Shown: piece after piece, positions 59,641-64,000 of the stretch
How positions within the stretch are numbered: position 1 is the stretch's first letter
Layout of the letters: every line of letters begins with the position of its first letter
Source: Mobula hypostoma
Lineage: Eukaryota
NCBI RefSeq assembly: GCF_963921235.1
Contig: NC_086109.1
Location: forward strand, 12,028,001-12,092,000
Direction of reading: 5' to 3'
Length of the DNA stretch: 64,000 bases
Made by a program: the position numbers and the translations under genes
Notes under the pieces: generated by a model
Seen by the model: only the letters and a program-made list of their open reading frames with translations
What the model was told of the DNA's origin: nothing
The model's database searches: none

Positions 59641-61058
59641 CTGAAATAAAAAATAAATTCCGAGATCTATTTTATGACTGATGAATGTGAAAGTTGAGGG
59701 TGTGAAAAGTTACAGGGAGAAGGCAGAATAATAGGTGAGAGGGAAAATAAATCAGCTGTGATTGAAGGACAGAGAAGTCTTGATGGGCCAAATGGACTAA
59801 TTCTGATCCTATCCCATATGGTCTATGGTCGTAATTTCATGATTTTTTTTATAAACCATCTTATGTTTATATCTCAAGTTCTACTCTCCTCTGTAAGTGA
59901 AAATACCTTCTTTATTCAATAAAACAATTTGATACTCTTTCAAGCAACTACCAGATCACCCTCAGTTTTCTGTTTTTAAATAAACTCTGATTCTTTCAAT
60001 CAGCTTGTAGAATTTCATTTTCCAGAGTGTTTGATAACAGCTGTGATACTTAGTGAGGACCCACAACTAACTGTGCAACAACAGCATGTTGCTTTACAAC
60101 ACCAACACATGAAGCCGTTCGGTGTTTCACAGGGGTTCACTGAGAGAAGAGGTTGAAAATGAAGTTGGGGATTATTTGGGCAAATTACAATACTTTTATG
60201 GTTTTCAGTCAGAATGGTTTGTCGTAGGAGGTTAATTGATCACATGGGTGCAATTGGGTGGCTCGTGGGTCGGAAGGACCGATTACTCTGCTGTACCTCT
60301 AACGAATAAAAGTTAAGAGGACAGAATTGCAGGAGTTCATGGATTTGTGGGATTTGTCTAGTGTGTGGGTTTTGGGCAGCTGAAGCTACTGATATTGGTG
60401 GTGGGATTCAGAGACTGGAGGATGCACAAGAGGAACACAAAGTTCTCTGAGGGTACAGATCTTGGAGTTAAAGTGATGTCAACAAGAGAAAATGTATGGC
60501 AGAGCAGAATCCTCCAACAATCTCCACCCTGCAGACAGCAGCAGAAGTAAACCCAGGTCACTGGCGCTGTAATAGCGTTACGCTAACCGCTATTCTACCG
60601 TGTCATCCCCAATTTGTTATTCTGAATAGAACTGCCCTATTTTTTTCTGATTTCACATCAGACTTTGAGACTCAGAGGGAATATACAAAATGTAAACTGA
60701 AAAGTCATTGAACCCAAAGACAGATTTACACAATTAGATGCTCCATCTCTAACAGTAGAGAAAGGACCAATCTCACTCTTCACCATTCAGTAATGATAAT
60801 AAAGACTGGTGCCACTGTGAAGAATAGTCAAGTAAAATATTATGGATAGACTTAAGGAAAATGTGGATGAGCACAAGAGAAAGGGACAAATAACTGGAAG
60901 GTTATGCTGATGGGATTCAATGAAAGGAGTGCTCGTAGGTTTGTGTAAAGTATTAATACTGGACTGGACTAGTGGGGATGACTGATCTGTAAACTCCCAT
61001 GAAATCCAATCTTTAAACATTCTGAATCACTCAGACAATTTATACTTAATGTCCATAC

Positions 61059-61105
61059 CTGGGTTTCATTGTTGCCTTCTCTGTGAGACGTATTGTGCTT
61101 GGATT
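61059..61105 (-). CDS. Juxtamembrane cytoplasmic exon (ESKHNTSHREGNNETQ)
   Basis: gtattttgcag acceptor, CAG|GTATGG donor; phase 1-to-0 exactly bridges the TM and ITIM exons. Confidence 0.8.
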
Positions 61106-61146
61106 CTGCAAAATACAATATTACTGCTAAAAATTCCATGGCTGTT

Positions 61147-61287
61147 NNNNNNNNNNNNNNNNNNNNNNNNNNNNNNNNNNNNNNNNNNNNNNNNNNNNNN
61201 NNNNNNNNNNNNNNNNNNNNNNNNNNNNNNNNNNNNNNNNNNNNNNNNNNNNNNNNNNNNNNNNNNNNNNNNNNNNNNNNNNNNNNN
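61147..61287. other. Assembly gap (141 N)
   Basis: Run of n. Confidence 1.
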
Positions 61288-61289
61288 TG

Positions 61290-61560
61290 GCCCTGCAGCC
61301 CTTTGAGCTTCGCCACCCCAGCAACCCCCGACAATCCAGATTAACCCTATCCTAATCATGGTGCAATTTCCATTGACCAATTCACCTACCTGGTACGTCT
61401 TTGGACTGTGGAAGGAAACTGGAGGACCCGGAGTGTATCCATGCATCCCACAGGGAGGACATACAGAGACTCCTTTCAGGACGGCACTGGAATTGAACTG
61501 CAAACTCCGGAACGCCCCGTGCTGTAATAGCTTCGCGCGAACCGCTAGGTTACCATGACA
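61290..61560 (-). mobile_element. V-SINE-like element
   Basis: Reverse core tttggactgtggaaggaaactggaggacccgg. Confidence 0.7.
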
Positions 61561-62289
61561 CCCATACTGAATCTCAGAACCACGGGAACCCCAGCTGCAA
61601 CACAGTAATGATTCTTCACACAGAGCAAACCTCTGCTCTGGTTACTACACAATGTTCTGTTGTTTGAAAGGACCACCTTCTCTGCTACTGAAAACTGAAA
61701 TTTTCCATCTTTGAACATTGTAATGAGGGGTTTAGACTACAATTTTTGTTTTAATTGCCACAAATTTTATCTGTTCTACCGAGCATATTCCTTCATTTTT
61801 TGTGTGTGCATTTAGACCGTATTACTCCTTCACAATATGATGGAGCAGATTACCTGACAATATTCACACAGTCCCATGAACATCTCACTGATCTCTCCAG
61901 GACTCTGTGGCAGATTGTCCCTCAGGAGGAAGGAACAAACTGCCCAAAATAAAAATCACCCCATTTTCCTACTGGCCACAAAACCTCCTTTCAAATTCAA
62001 CACTGAGATCAACAATTTCATGTGGAATCCCAATGTCCCATTCTCAATAAATGGTTCTGATGGCCTTGGACTATTAGTGGATGTTAGGTACCTCCAGATA
62101 TGGTTTGCCATTTTATTTCTACCCACTAGACATCACTTCTCATTATAAGCTTACCGCAGTTGTTCATTCCTTACTACTATGTTTCTAAGCAATTGACCTT
62201 CGGCATCAAGTCAACCATCTTATAATCACTTGTATTTTTATTTATTCATTCATTAGAAACACTTTGTTGCAAGTCAAAGGAATTTTAAT

Positions 62290-62570
62290 TAATATTTGAA
62301 TGGAGTAAGCCTCTCTGGCCCTTCAACACAGCAACCCCAACAAGTCTGATTAACCTTAACCTAAACATGGGACAATTTACAATGACCAAATAACATACTT
62401 GGTGTACCTTTGGACTGTGGGAGGAAACTGGAGTACCCTGGAAAAGTTGATACATTCAATGGAGAGGATGTAGAAACTCCTTACAGAATTTCACGGAATT
62501 GAACTCCAAACTTCAAACTGTCCCCAGCAGTAATAGCGTCACGCTGACCTCTATGCTACTGTGGTGCCCA
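62290..62570 (-). mobile_element. V-SINE-like element
   Basis: Reverse core tttggactgtgggaggaaactggagtaccc. Confidence 0.7.
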
Positions 62571-62796
62571 TCTCAGAATCATTTCAAAAAAGGAGAACAC
62601 TGACTTAATCTATGGCAACTATTTCCAATCAGAGCAGGGAAATTTCTCCAGTGACATGCAGTGAGTGGTAGATTGATAAAAGATACACCTGATTTTTTTT
62701 TTAAATAAGAATTACATGGGAGTATGTCTTTACACATACATTGTCGAAATGATTGCATTTAATTGGAGGTTGTACTGAGGAACAGCTTATTGAATA

Positions 62797-63193
62797 TTGA
62801 GGGGGGATCTGATTGAAGCGTATAAGATCCTAAAGGGATTGGACAGGCTAGATGCAGGAAGATTGTTCCCGATGTTGGGGAAGTCCAGAACGAGGGGTCA
62901 CAGTTTGAGGATAGAGGGGAAGCCTTTTAGGACCGAGATTAGGAAAAACTTCTTCACACAGAGAGTGGTGAATCTGTGGAATTCTCTGCCACAGGAAACT
63001 GTTGAGGCCAGTTCATTGGCTATATTTAAGAGGGAGTTAGATATGGCCCTTGTGGCTACGGGGGTCAGGGGGTATGGAGGGAAGGCTGGGGCGGGGTTCT
63101 GAGTTGGATGATCAGCCATGATCATAATAAATGGCGGTGCAGGCTCGAAGGGCCGAATGGCCTACTCCTGCACCTATTTTCTATGTTTCTATG
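62797..63193 (+). mobile_element. Young CR1 3' end
   Basis: [20 protein letters not shown]...; (TTTCTATG)n tail. Confidence 0.92.
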
Positions 63194-63509
63194 AATATAC
63201 TTTTAAATACAACAGCTAATTCTCCAAAACTGAGTAGTACAGGTGAGACCATCTAAATCTTTCTTCTATCCAGCCTTGTGGTTCTCTGCCATTTCACAGT
63301 TGATGTGAGATTCCATCGCCTGATGTTTCAGGAATAATGGAGTCACCAGGTTACAATGGAAACAACACCATTCATTCATGTGTTGTAAACCAACACATCA
63401 ACACTCTGATCCTGGCTTTTTGTTGACTGCAACCAAATCAAGTTCCTTAAGATTCAGCAGCTAGTTATCATATTCATCATGAAATAATTAAAGGAAAAAT
63501 GAAACCTAC

Positions 63510-63601
63510 CCCTGTTTTTTCTCTTCAGGTAGCAAAGTGGACAAACAACAAGCAGTATGAGTAGAATCCCAATGACACTGAGCACAGTTGTGTAAGTATG
63601 T
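63510..63601 (-). CDS. Transmembrane exon of the inhibitory receptor (HTYTTVLSVIGILLILLVVCPLCYLKRKNR)
   Basis: ctttaccacag acceptor, G|GTAGGT donor, phase 2-to-1; uncharged helix followed by KRKNR; same phase-2 start as the TM exon at 16524-16614. Confidence 0.88.
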
Positions 63602-64000
63602 CTGTGGTAAAGAATAGGATAGGGTCAGTCCTGGTTCACCATATATTCTTAGCCATTTGAAAAGTCTGACATTTACACAGCATTTTTCATGAGCTCAGGA
63701 TGTCTGCAGCTCAGAAAATGAACATTAGACACTGTTGACAATATGGGAAATTGCAACAGCCTATCCGTTCACTCCAAAGTCTCACAAGCAGAAATGTGAT
63801 CATGACCAATGATAGTGATGTTGGTTAAACAGTAACTATTGTCCAGACCATATGGGAATCCTACCATGTTTTTTCACAAACATGTCACTTGAACTGTTGC
63901 ATTAAAGGATTGATTGGTGGTTTCTTCTCTGACAGACAGCATTGCTGACCATGTAGCCGAACCTCTTCTTTGAACGTTTTCCATGGTTTTCTTTATTTTG

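Noticed and set aside
61147-61287. ORFs spanning the N gap
   Set aside because: These are artefacts of N translation. The gap lies in the intron of the inhibitory gene, so a hidden small exon cannot be excluded.
61853-61938. Alternative phase 1-to-0 cytoplasmic exon (VCSFLLRDNLPQ...CEYCQ|GTAATC)
   Set aside because: Poor polypyrimidine tract before the AG. 61059-61105 fits the same slot with better splice sites, and the two cannot both be included in frame.

Overview
Eukaryotic, repeat-rich (well over half TE-derived) vertebrate genomic DNA. The repeat complement (CR1 with SGNH-esterase ORF1, Rex1/Babar, RTE, L1, V-SINE, Penelope-derived repeats, Tc1/mariner MITEs) and the Ig-domain type suggest a cartilaginous fish, probably a ray; this is inference. 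All host genes lie on the minus strand and form part of a CD300/pIgR-like (skate MDIR-type) immune-receptor cluster. (1) 59392-63601: TM and cytoplasmic exons of an inhibitory receptor with three ITIMs; its ectodomain is beyond the right edge. (2) 15634-44136: a complete, in-frame ~450-aa receptor I could splice by hand: leader, an 18-kb TE-filled intron 1, three 96-97.5% identical tandem IgV exons, Ser/Thr stalk, optional 12-nt micro-exon, Lys/Arg-containing TM and a short Tyr-free tail. It is probably an activating receptor. (3) 120-7135: a segmental-duplicate pseudogene with a decayed IgV exon and stalk exon, which has lost the ~3.7-kb block carrying the TM and tail exons. The IgV triplication can be reconstructed as a duplication, then a mariner MITE insertion, then an unequal crossover. 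A full-length, two-ORF-intact L1 with a 15-bp TSD sits inside the RT of a young CR1 copy. There are no tRNA/rRNA genes and no CRISPR array. There is one 141-N gap. TE boundaries without TSD or tail evidence are approximate.
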